From an uncultured Clostridia bacterium (lineage in GTDB: Bacteria > Bacillota > Clostridia > Christensenellales > CAG-917), in NCBI GenBank assembly GCA_947624885.1, contig CANQMD010000003.1, positions 1 through 42,072 of the forward strand: a stretch of DNA of 42,072 nucleotides, written 5' to 3'. Positions within the stretch are counted from its first letter, which is position 1, and each line of letters starts with the position of its first letter. Under the pieces are notes generated by a model, which did no database searches, was not told the origin of the DNA, and was given only the letters and a program-made list of their open reading frames with translations. Positions 9,656 through 20,300 of the stretch are shown here, one piece after another. A program made the translations under genes and the position numbers.

Positions 9656-9705
9656 AAAAAATAACGCCTCGCAACGACAAAACTGCGGTTGCGGGGCGTT
9701 TTTTT
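9656..9705. terminator. Likely bidirectional terminator between convergent lemA and ComEC-like genes
   Basis: AACGCCTCGCAAC / GTTGCGGGGCGTT stem, with an A-tract on the left and a T-tract on the right. Confidence 0.75.
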
Positions 9706-9724
9706 GTATGCGGAAATATCAAAT

Positions 9725-10837
9725 TCAGGCGGACGCTCCGTCTGCGCCCGTAAACTCGTCGCTTGCGGAGGCTTGCCTGTCGCATGAGAAGCGGATGTTG
9801 CCTTCGCCGTCCACGGTGAGGAGCACATTGCCGTTGAGGTCGGTGCGGTAGACGGTCATTCCTCTCCTTCTGAGGCGGTCAAGCGCGGACTGCGTGGGGT
9901 GGCCGTAGGAATTGGGCTGGCCGCAGCTTATGACGGCATATTCGCACTTCACGGCGTTCAAAAACGCGTCCAGCGACGAGGTGGCGCTGCCGTGGTGAGC
10001 AACTTTGAGCACGTCGCAGTCGATGAAGCCGAGGCGATCGGCAATGAGAGGCTCGTTGAGTTGATTGCTGTCGCCTGTGAAAACTATGCGGCGGCCGTTG
10101 AACTGAAGTATGCCTACGGGCGAAACCGCGTTGAGTCGCTCGGCGGTTTTGAGGTTATTGTCGGCGTAAAATTGCTTTGTGGGGCACCAAAATGTGAGGC
10201 TGTAGCCCTCGCCCTCGATGGCTATGTCGTTTGAAAGATCGTCGCGGTCAACGTTAAGGTGGATGGTGCAGTTGTCCTCGCTGAGGGCGGCGATGAAAAA
10301 CTTTGCGTAGGTCGCGGTTGCAACAACGTCGGGATCGGTGAACAGCGCAAGTTTGTCCTTGTCAAGGGCGTTGACTTGCTCGTTGAGCCCCGCGTTGGTC
10401 GGAGCCGCCTTTACGTTTGGCATATAGATGTTGGCAACGTCAAACTTGTTGATGACTTCGTCCAAAAACTCCACGTGGTCCTGATCGGTGTGGGTGAGCA
10501 TAAGATGATCAATGACGTTGTCGTCGTTCAACTGCTCCAGCGCGGCAATCGCCTGCGTTTGAGTCATGCCGCTTGTGCTGCCCATGTCGATGAGCATATC
10601 CTCGCCGTCGGGAAACTCGATGTATATGCCGTCGCCCTGCCCCACGTCGATGAAGTGCACGCGCAGTTCCCCGTCGGAATAGGAGCGCGGAAACAGCGCC
10701 GAGATGAGCGCGTTCCACTTTTGTGGGAAACCGAAACGCAACACGCAAACGGCGACGATCACAAGCGCAAGCACGATCGCAACGGCGATGATGAGCGCCT
10801 TGCGCTGTTTGGGGTTGAGTGAAAATGCTTTTGCCAT
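9725..10837 (-). CDS. Membrane-anchored ComEC/Rec2-type metallo-beta-lactamase-fold hydrolase (nuclease-like domain only)
   Basis: VHFIDVGQGD, THTDQDH, FTGD, KVAHHGS, ISCG-NSYGHP, YRTD motifs; single N-terminal TM; no multi-TM competence channel. Confidence 0.92.
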   Translation of the reverse strand: MAKAFSLNPKQRKALIIAVAIVLALVIVAVCVLRFGFPQKWNALISALFPRSYSDGELRVHFIDVGQGDGIYIEFPDGEDMLIDMGSTSGMTQTQAIAALEQLNDDNVIDHLMLTHTDQDHVEFLDEVINKFDVANIYMPNVKAAPTNAGLNEQVNALDKDKLALFTDPDVVATATYAKFFIAALSEDNCTIHLNVDRDDLSNDIAIEGEGYSLTFWCPTKQFYADNNLKTAERLNAVSPVGILQFNGRRIVFTGDSNQLNEPLIADRLGFIDCDVLKVAHHGSATSSLDAFLNAVKCEYAVISCGQPNSYGHPTQSALDRLRRRGMTVYRTDLNGNVLLTVDGEGNIRFSCDRQASASDEFTGADGASA

Positions 10838-10843
10838 GCCTAT

Positions 10844-10873
10844 ATTTTATGCTTTTCCCCCTCCCTACGTCAA
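10844..10873 (-). promoter_or_regulatory. Sigma-A promoter of the ComEC-like gene
   Basis: TTGACG-N18-TAAAAT, then 6 nt and the ATG. Confidence 0.6.
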
Positions 10874-10973
10874 GCCAAAATAGGACAAGAACGGAGGATT
10901 TTTGCGCCGAAAAAAACATATGACGGCGGACGAGGGCGCGGAACATGGAAAATTTGATTTTGTTTGGAAAAGA

Positions 10974-11002
10974 TTGCTAACGCTGGATTTTGGTGGTATA
11001 AT
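10974..11002 (+). promoter_or_regulatory. Sigma-A promoter of the DUF1858-like gene
   Basis: TTGCTA-N17-TATAAT with extended TGn. Confidence 0.7.
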
Positions 11003-11033
11003 AACAACGATAAAATTTTTTGGAGGCGAAAAT

Positions 11034-11231
11034 ATGATTTCAAAGGATATGTTGATCGTGGACGTGCTTGAGCAGGGCGACGCGGAAAAATTGGCGGCGG
11101 TGCTCATGGAAAGCGGCATGCATTGCCTGCACTGCGCCTTGGCGCACGGCGAAACGCTTGAAGAGGCGGCGGCTGTGCACGGCATCGACGCAGACAAACT
11201 TGTCGACGCTTTAAACGCGGCTTGCAAATGA
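11034..11231 (+). CDS. DUF1858-like small CxxC (redox/disulfide) protein
   Basis: MISKDMLIVDVL...GMHCLHC...ETLEEAAAVHGID; GGAGG SD at 11022-11026; 65 aa. Confidence 0.88.
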   Translation: MISKDMLIVDVLEQGDAEKLAAVLMESGMHCLHCALAHGETLEEAAAVHGIDADKLVDALNAACK

Positions 11232-11246
11232 CCTACGTCAAACGGC

Positions 11247-11272
11247 AAAAGCGGGCATTTCGCCCGCTTTTT
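11247..11272 (+). terminator. Intrinsic terminator
   Basis: AAAAGCGGGC-atttc-GCCCGCTTTTT. Confidence 0.85.
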
Positions 11273-11318
11273 ATTTTAAAATCATAGCGGAATTAAAAAA
11301 CTTAAGTTTATCTACAGT

Positions 11319-11352
11319 AAAATCGTGGGCGGCATAATGCCGTCCACGATTT
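11319..11352 (-). terminator. Terminator of the giant gene
   Basis: AAATCGTGGGCGGCA-taa-TGCCGTCCACGATTT (one mismatch), 40 nt past the stop. Confidence 0.75.
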
Positions 11353-11392
11353 GTCTTTGTGATTTTGCCGCGCGGTTGCGTTTGGCGAAGCG

Positions 11393-14300
11393 TCAGACTT
11401 CGAAGGATTCTTTCACAGTTCCCTTGATTTGATATTGCGGAATGATCTGCCCCGCCTTAATGACTCCGTTCATGGCGTCTGCCGATGTTGCCTCCTTTGT
11501 GACAACGACGTTGCCGTTTTGATCCACAATGGTGACCATAGGAAGCAGTTCGTATTTCACTTTTCTGCCCTTGTAACCGGGGACTTCGATATTGTCGCTC
11601 GTGCCTGCAAAGGTGACGGGGAATGACACTCCGCCGACAGTTGCCGTGCCCACCCAAGCGACGCGCACTTTCACGGAACTGGCGGAACTGATCGTGATAT
11701 ATGCGGGAAGCGTTGCTCCGCTGTGATTCAAGCCGTTCAGATCCGTCGCTGTTACATCGATCTTTGATCTAATGGCAAGCGTTACGACCAACCTCTGTTG
11801 CGCCCCGAGTTGTATTGTCGCATGCCCTCCCTTGAGTTCGGCGGATGTGATTCCGTCCGAATTTATCGTCCAGGTGTACGAAGGCATTGTGACAGTGGTG
11901 TGGCGGAACGTCTTGCCTGTCGTTTCGCTCGGGCTGCCGGGGAACGTCACTTCGCCGGTATCCTTATTATACGTGGGATAATACTCCTTGAACGTAACGT
12001 TGTATGCTGTCGGAAGCGCAAGATCCGTCGTCGTGTAAGGATTGATCTGGCGCGAACTACTACCGCCAACATGTCCAAATACAGCGCTGTTGACATTATA
12101 CTCGACCTCCGCGTTATATGCCGTGCCTTTGAAACTCGGATCGGGCACCACGGAATTAAAGTTGTACCCATCATGCGTACCGGAACTTGTTGAGATGTAA
12201 GAGGCAAGTTTGCGCATGACCAGGAACGGAATGTCGTAGGTGATCACAAAGTTGTTGATGACGATGTTTGCCGTCACGTACACCAAGCCGCCCATGTAAG
12301 ACGGACGGAACTTGCCGTACGTGTAATACACAGTGCCGTTTTCGCCCGCGTCGGAGGGCTTGACTTTGATTTCCTCAAGATCCTCGGATTGAGTGCCGTC
12401 CTCCAGGATATCGCCCTTGCGGACGTTCAGGATCAGTTCGCCCATCGTCGACAAGTCGGGTCTGGTGTAATTGTACGGGTCGATCGCCGTTGTAAGCGCC
12501 GTTCCCATTGCGACAGTGGGATTGAAGTAACCTTTCTCATCCTTGATTGAAGAGTTTGTTGCCAACTTGGGCATGCTGTCGAGGATGATCATCCTGAATC
12601 TGATCGTCACGGTGCCGAGGTCGTGCGAAACCTGCACGTCTTCGCTTGAAAGCGCCTCAAGTTGCTCCGCGTAGTTGTACTCGCCCTCGTCGTTGATGAT
12701 CGCTCTTGCGACGTAGGCGCCGCCGTTTGCGCTGACCGTCACGCCGCTCAGATCCCAAGTCACTTTGACCTTGCGCGTTTCGGCGCTACCGACAGTCTTG
12801 ATTGATATCTCGCCGGGCAGGTACTTGTACGCGCCGATCTCGGAATAAGAGAGTTCGTAGTACTCGCCGTTCCTCAAGCCGTAATCGCCTTTGGGATCGT
12901 ACTCGTAGTTGCCGCTGACCAACTTGAAGCGAGCGCCTGTGTAGGTGCCGAGTTCGCTCTCGCTGAGTTCAACGTAAGTGCCGCTATCCAGCTTGAACGT
13001 GCCGTATGCGTCCACAACATACTCGCCCGTCTGCGGATCGAGTTTGTAGCGGTCGCCGGTGTAGCCCTTTTCATCTGAGGACAAAGCGTAATACTGTCCG
13101 AAGTCGCCCTTCCTGTGTCCGTAGGTGCCTGCGCTGTCCCTGACGAAGGTGCCTTCGCTCGGCTGAGAGTAACGGAAGCCTTTGTAGGTGCCGTCCAACC
13201 TCTCAAACCAGTCGATGTACTTGCCGTCCTTTTGAGCAAGCAGGTTGACGACAAACGCATTTGCGTTGTCATTCCACATATCGCTGTCGTCCGCGGTGAT
13301 GGTGTACGGCGATTCGGAGTCAAGTCTGCCGCTCTTGATGTTGATGGGTGCGGAGAAGGTCGCGCTGATCGCGTCGTCCGCCGCGTCCGCCGCTGTGACG
13401 GTGCCGCCGACGTTGACCGTGCCGCCCACATAGGCATAATCCAAAGTCTTTACGTCCCAAGTTGCGGACAGCGTCTGCTTGGCGATGTAGATGAAGATGT
13501 ACAGCGTTCTGCCATCCGTCGTGGTGTAGCTGCCCTTGGACGGCTCATAGGTGACCTCTCCTTCATACAGCCTGTACGTCCTGCCGCTTTCGGTGACGGT
13601 GTAGAACTTCATGTTGTCCGTCTTCCCTTCCGCAAACTCGCCGTCCGTGCCGGTGTAGACCTTGTAGATCGCGTGGCGCTTGAGCCATGTGGAGATGTAG
13701 GTGAAGCCGCTGTCGCTCTTCGTCCTGCCCTCGTTCCACCACCTCTCGGCGGAGATGAACTGGCCGTCAACGTAGTAGTTGACCTCCTGCGGGTCGGACA
13801 GCTTGCTGTACGGGCTGTCGGCGTAGTCCGCATACGGGTCGAAGTCGTAGCGATAGCTGCCATAGGACATATCGTTGTAGGCGAGGTCGCTGTTGTAGGC
13901 GCTGAGCGCGGAGGCTCTGACCACAAACTCGACGTTTTGCGAAATGACCTCGTCGCTTTCGTTTGCCGTGCCGGACCAGACGATCATCCTGCCGTTCTGC
14001 CTGAGTGTGGAGGAGGATTCGTCCACCGCCCTGTTTTGAGGCGCGTTTTCAAACGACACGTTGTAGTAAGCGGAGGATCCGTCTGCAAAGTTGAGTTTGA
14101 CGCTTGTGGGCAGATTGTCCACGGAGTACGCCAGCTTGTTGTAGAACGTGATGGACGTGGGCATGCCTGCGCGCGACATCTCAACCTCGATGTACACGCC
14201 GCCCTCGCCGACGTAGATCATCTTTGTGGACGAGTAGCCTGTCGCGTCGGTGTAGATGTGAGTCGCGTCGCCAAACTCAAGTTCCGCCAAGGAGATCGCG

Positions 14301-17300
14301 CGGTCAAGCACCGTGACGGGGATGTTGACGTACTGCACCGCCATGTGGTAACGCGTGACGGGAGCCTCGTCGGAATCCCAAGTCCAATCCTTGTTTTGAG
14401 CCTTTGCATATTGCTCGTATGCCGCCGCCGTGACAAAGTATTTGAGATATCTGCGTGCAAACGCGGGCGTATCTTGCGCAATGCCGTGTTTGCCGACGAT
14501 GTCCTCAAACAGCACGTAGCCGCCGTCTGCCGCGGGTACGGCGACGTTTGCCGCCACCATAAGATCGCGATCGTTGCGACCCGCCTTGATGAGATCGTCA
14601 ACCTTGCTCCAATCGAAGTAGGCGTTGACAGTCCTGCTCTCCGCCGCAAGATAGACCGGGTACACCGCAAGTTTGACCTCGAAGCCGCTTGTATCCTTTG
14701 TGGTGAGCGTGTCGACCACGATCGTGCGGTAAGCATAGTCGTCTATGCTGTAGATCGTGCCGTCGCCTACCGTGACCGTGACAAAGCCGCTTTCGGTGAT
14801 CTGCCCGTTGCCGCCGGGATAGACGTAGGTGATGGGCAAGCCGTAGGTCCTGCCGAAGAAGGCGGAGATGTTTTGATAGAATTGATTTGCGTCGGCGATA
14901 TCGCTGCGGAACGCCGTGAAGTCGTAGACGACCTTGACATTTGCCTCGCTGCCGTTTGCCAACTTGACGGTGACATTGTCGCCGCTTGCAAACATGTTGC
15001 CGCCCTCAAAGCTGAGCGCCGCGAACGGATCGATCGTGAAGCTGTCGCGCACGTCCTCGCCGACCTTTACTCCGCTGATGGAGTTGCCCTCAACTATCAC
15101 TTTGACGGTGAAGGTCGCGCTGACTCTGTCGTCCTCGGTGTTGGTGACGGTGAGCGCCACGTTGTCAAACTCGCCGCCGTTGTTGTCATAATCCACGTTG
15201 AAGTCGAGGTTGAGCGTGACGGACTTCGATTTGCCGCCGACTGTCCATGTCTGAGTCGTGGGCAAGCCGCCGTACAGCTTGTCCGAGGACAGCGTGTAAG
15301 TGACGCCGCTGCCGAAGTTGCCCTCGAAGCCGTCGCCAAAGCTGACCTTGTTGTCTATTGCGAACGTAGCTGAGCCGTTGAGCAGCTGATCTCCGTTTTT
15401 GATGAGCACGTAGAAGTCCCTGGTGAAGGAGCCTGCGATGATCTCCTCCGCGGTGGGCATTGCGATGCTGTACCACTGCACGGGGATATTGTCGTAAGGT
15501 ATCATTTCGCCGCTCACCTGCAAAGTGACCTTCGCGGTGGTCGGATATTCAAACGGCAGGAGCATTGTGACAGAGTCGGGCTTGTCGTTGAGTTCGATCG
15601 TGCATTCGCCTGTCTGTCCGTAGCCAATGAGGTCGATACGCGCGGTGTACGTGTCGGACGTGAGCGCTCCGTCAAAGATATGATAGGTGCGCGTGACGTA
15701 AGGCGTGCCGTCCTCGTCGATGGTGGGTTGCTCGTCGCTGTTGGGAGCGGACGGATTGTCCCAAGTGATCGACACGTTTTGGATCGCCTTGCCCTCTGCG
15801 CTCTGCTCGCCGTAGATATCGACGGATGTTGGCAACACCCACGGTTTTATCACGTCGTAGGTGAGGCGCAATTGCTGTTCGCCCTCGCCGCCGACAAAGC
15901 CGATCATAGCGCCGCTTTCGGTTTCCGTCTTGACGGCGATACCGCTGTCGGGATCCACTTTGGGCTGTTCGGAGCCGATTGGCTTGTAGCTTGGCACCCG
16001 CACCTTGACGTTCACGATCTGATCGCCTATCTTCGCGCTGAGTTCAGCCTCCTTGCCGCCAATGCCGACCGTGCCGAGAGGCTGCAGCCACTCGGTGATG
16101 TAGGCGATGTACTCCTGATCGAGCGGGATGTAATTGCCGTCCTTGTCCTTACGATATGTGCCGGAATTGGACGGTCTGTAGTCATCCCCGCTCTGGGCGT
16201 ACTTGGTGCCTGTGAACGTAGATTGCACGCTGACCTTCACGCGCGTGCCATACGCGACGGACGCGTAGTCTATGCTGCCGTCGGGCTTGACTCCCGCGCC
16301 GAAGTAGTATTCGGGATGGTTGGCGTACGCAACGGGATCGACGCCGTAGGCAACCTGCTCATCGTCCTTGCTGAGAATGTGCGATTGCGCATATACGGTG
16401 CCCGTGTAGTTGTTGATATCGCCAAGCAATCCCGCCAAAGTTCCGTCTGTCAATCCTGACGGACCTTTTGCGTAGATGTCGCCGTACTCCTCGTTGTAGA
16501 AGTACGCGATTTCTTTGATCTCCTGCTTTTCGACGTACAGCGACAGTTTGACGGTCTGTGCCTCGTAGACATCCTTGCCGGAGCCGTCCTTGCCAAGATA
16601 CTTGCGAGAGAGCGGAGCGCCGTCCGCTTGGTCGTTCAGCCTCTTCACAGCCTGAACTGTGACGTAGATGGTGCCGCCGCCGTAGATGTTCTGATCCGCC
16701 TTGAGGCGTGTGCACGCGGAATCGGTGTAATACTTCGCGGTTTCCCACAGCGGGAACAGAGTGCGAGTTGCCGTGCCGCTGCCCGTCGCCAAACTTACGT
16801 CAACGCTCTTGTAATAGTCGCCCGCGTACCAATTGGGCAGCAGAGTGTCCTCATGGAGCACTTCGAGCGCGGTGGGCGAGCCTGCCGAGAGCGATTGCAC
16901 GTTGATCTTGACGTAGAACGTCTGTTCGCCGCAGAAACCGTTGCCAAAGACGAATCTTGCGTAAAGCGGTCTTGTTGCGGAGGCTGAGTAGCCCTCGTAA
17001 GTGATGTCGTCCTGCTTGAGCGGGTTGGAGGCGGTGTACGCGTCAACATAGCGCCTCGTCGCGGAGTTGTAGAAATACGGACCTGTGATCTTCAACAGAT
17101 CGTTGTCGTAATTGAACGTCTTGGTCTGTTCGTTTCTGTCGTTGTCCACGGTGGTGAATCTGATCTGAGCGCCTTCCGCAAACAGTTGTGTGCCGTCAAT
17201 GCCGTAGATGTTTTTGCCGCCGACGTTGATCTGTTTGACGTCGTACGGGTTGAAGTTGACGGCGGTTTCCACCTTGGATATGTTGTAGGATGTGATCACC

Positions 17301-20300
17301 ACATTCAACTCGAACGCCTGCGCGGTGTAGCCGCTGTTGGCATACGCGCTGCTTGTGCTGCCCTTGCCCACAAAGCCGTATCTTGTCGTCGAGGTGCCGA
17401 GCCTGTTGGACTGCGACACTGTGACGGGCTTGAACTCGTTGCCGCCGATGTACGCATTGACCTTGACGTTCAGTCCCTTGTAGAGGTCGGTGCCTATGCC
17501 CGTCAAAGCGGACCTGAGCGCTGACAGATCCCAACGGAGCATAAAGTCGGAGTAAGCGCCTTTGCCGAGTTTGCCCGAAACCTTGGTGAACTTTTCGAAT
17601 GTGGCAAGGATGTCGGACGAATCGCCGTCAAGTTTGATCGGGTCGATGGTGATGGTGCGGGTGTTGGCGTTGTAAGACCAGCCCGCCGGCGCAGACAAGA
17701 TTGTGCTTGAGCCGCCAAGTTGATTGCTGTCGCTGCTCATCGACTCGAGTTTTGTGACGGTGCGATCCAAAACGGGGATGCTCATCCTGTGCGAAACAGG
17801 CTGCCCAAGACCTATCTGATAGGTGTAGCCGACGGTGACGGCGTCCGCTTCCCATTCGTAGGTGAAGTCCTGCACGTCCCAAGTCAGAATGCCTGCGGGG
17901 AACATCTTTGCAGTCGGGCATTTGTCGTAGGCAATGACATAGACGGTCACGCCGTTTTCATTGACGGTTTCAAACTCGCCGTTGGCTTTGGTTGCGAGCA
18001 ACGCAGTCCAAGCGTTGTACAGCTTGCGTGTGCCGCCAAATTCGTTTTTGCCCTCGCCCGCCGGCATTGACTCATAGCTTGTGCTTGAGCCGCTTGTGCG
18101 CCTGACCGCTTTCATCACGTTGCCGTCGCTGTCATACTGCACGGTGCCTACCGTCACGTTTTTGGGATTGTTCGGCTTTGACGCGGAGCCGCTGTTGAAA
18201 GTCAACTGCACAAGGTCGGGCAAAGTGGCTCTGTAGCCGCCCGTTTCCGTAGTCTTTTGGTTGATGTCGATGGTGATGTTGTTTGCCTTCCAGGTGCTGC
18301 CCACCTTTTCGTACGCTTTGACCGATCTGAACTCGGTGCCGTCGTCGGGCAGAGCGCGGTCGCTGGTGATGTACACGGGGATGGCGTACATGACGATGTT
18401 CAGCGCGTAGCCGTACACATAGCCCGCGAGCCTCTTTGTGCCGTTTTCCGCCGCCGCCCAATCTATGGTGGAAGCGTCCCAGACGATATAGGTGCCGGGT
18501 GCGGCAGTCGAGCCGGAATAATAGCTGTGGTAATCGCCATCGACTGCAAACGTCACGTCGACCATCTGCGGGAAGTATTGAGGATCGCTGAGCACTGCGT
18601 CTGTCAGATACAGATCGCCCGCTCCGGACAGGTTGCCGCCGGTGTTTTGCGTGTCTATCTTCCTTGTGAACGGATCGGAGATGTAAATGCCGTTCCTGAC
18701 AAGCGAACTTACGTTTGCCGAGCCGGGCAACGCCTCCGCTTTTGCCGCCTCGTCAAAGGTGAGGATGGGATCCTTTTCGGACGATTCATGGTTGCCGTAT
18801 GGCGAGATGGACAGCATGAAGAAGTCCCACGCGTCGGCAGCTATGTTTTCGCCTGTTGCGGTCACTGTTTTGCCGGAGGTCAAATCGTCGCTTTCCGTCC
18901 TCTTGTTGTGTTTTGCAACGGTTGTGTTGGACGCTTGATTGAACTTTCTTGCTCCCTTGCCGCCCGTCACTTCGCCGTTGACCATGATCTCGATCGCCTG
19001 TATTCCGGAATGCATTGTGTACGCGCTTGTCAAGCCGTACTCGCCGCAGTCGGGAGCAAGGTCGATGTAAATGTTGAGGCTGGGCAGGATGCTGCCGCTT
19101 GCAAACGGAAGCGGAAGCAGGTTTGCAATGACCCTTGACAAGTTGCCAAGCGAGCTTGACAATATGCCCAATGAGCCCCAAGGTTTGAATGTGAACAAGA
19201 ATTGGAAACTCATGTCGTACATGAACATTTTGACAAACGAAGCGGGCAGGTTGCGCGCCAACATGTCGACCAATGCAACTCTGTACTCGGTGGATTCGCC
19301 GTGGTTCAAAGACCAATCAAGTTCATCAAACAGATACGTCAGGAAGTTCTTGTCCGTGTCCTTGACGGTAGCGTTGCCATGCGCATGGCTGGTGAACGTC
19401 ATTTCGTACTCACCCATCTTGGGAGCGGCTCCGCCGTCAAACCTTGACAGGTCCGCAAAGAAGGAAGTACTTACGCCACTGCTCGCCGGCGTTTTGGTCA
19501 AGAGAGTGTTGTTGATCATGTTGAGCAACAGGACGTTCACCATCAGGATGAGTTCGTTGTACGCGTCCTTGTTGAGTTTGACCTTGATTGCGATCTTGCC
19601 GTCGTCCTTCGGGCTGTTTGAAAGCCCCGTGTAGTACGGAGTGTAGCCGTGCGCCGTGAACAGGTCGAGTTCGACGGAATCCACAAGGTCCTTGAGTTGC
19701 AAAGGATAGCTGTACGAGCGAGTCCCGTCCTCGTTTTCCGTCCAGCCGTTGATGGTATCCTCCGCTGTGGGATAGGAATAGGAGTCATTGTCGCCGTCGT
19801 CGCCGCTGACAAAGTTGAGCAATTTGCCTCCGCCGCCGATCATGCCGCCGACATCCAACGGGAAGAGCGCACCATTGAGAATGCTTTCAAGCCACCCTGC
19901 TTCGGAGCCGCCGATCGCGATGACATTGTCGATCCTTCCAAGCCACAGATTGTTACCGCCAAAGTAAACGGGCAATGTAGGATTGCTGCTTCCACTGCCA
20001 AACCAGCCGCCTTCTTCATCGGACTTGCCGGAGTAACTGCGGAACGCTTCCAAACCAAGTTTCAGCATATAGCCCTTTTGGCCCTTGGTGCCATCTCCAC
20101 TGCTGTTGTCTATCTTGCTACCTGTGAGGATGGTTTTGGTCGCCTCATATTGAGGTCGCACTCTTTCTTCTGCGTTGTTGCCGACGGTGCCGTTCCACAC
20201 TTTGTTTTGAGCCATGATGTAGAGGTCGGGCGCGAGGCTGTCAATGACGTTTTGGATGAGGGACATCATGCCCGCGGTGTTGGACATGGTCAAGCCGGCA

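Noticed and set aside
10902-11033. N-terminal extension of the DUF1858-like ORF
   Set aside because: Contains the promoter and SD; the real start is ATG 11034.
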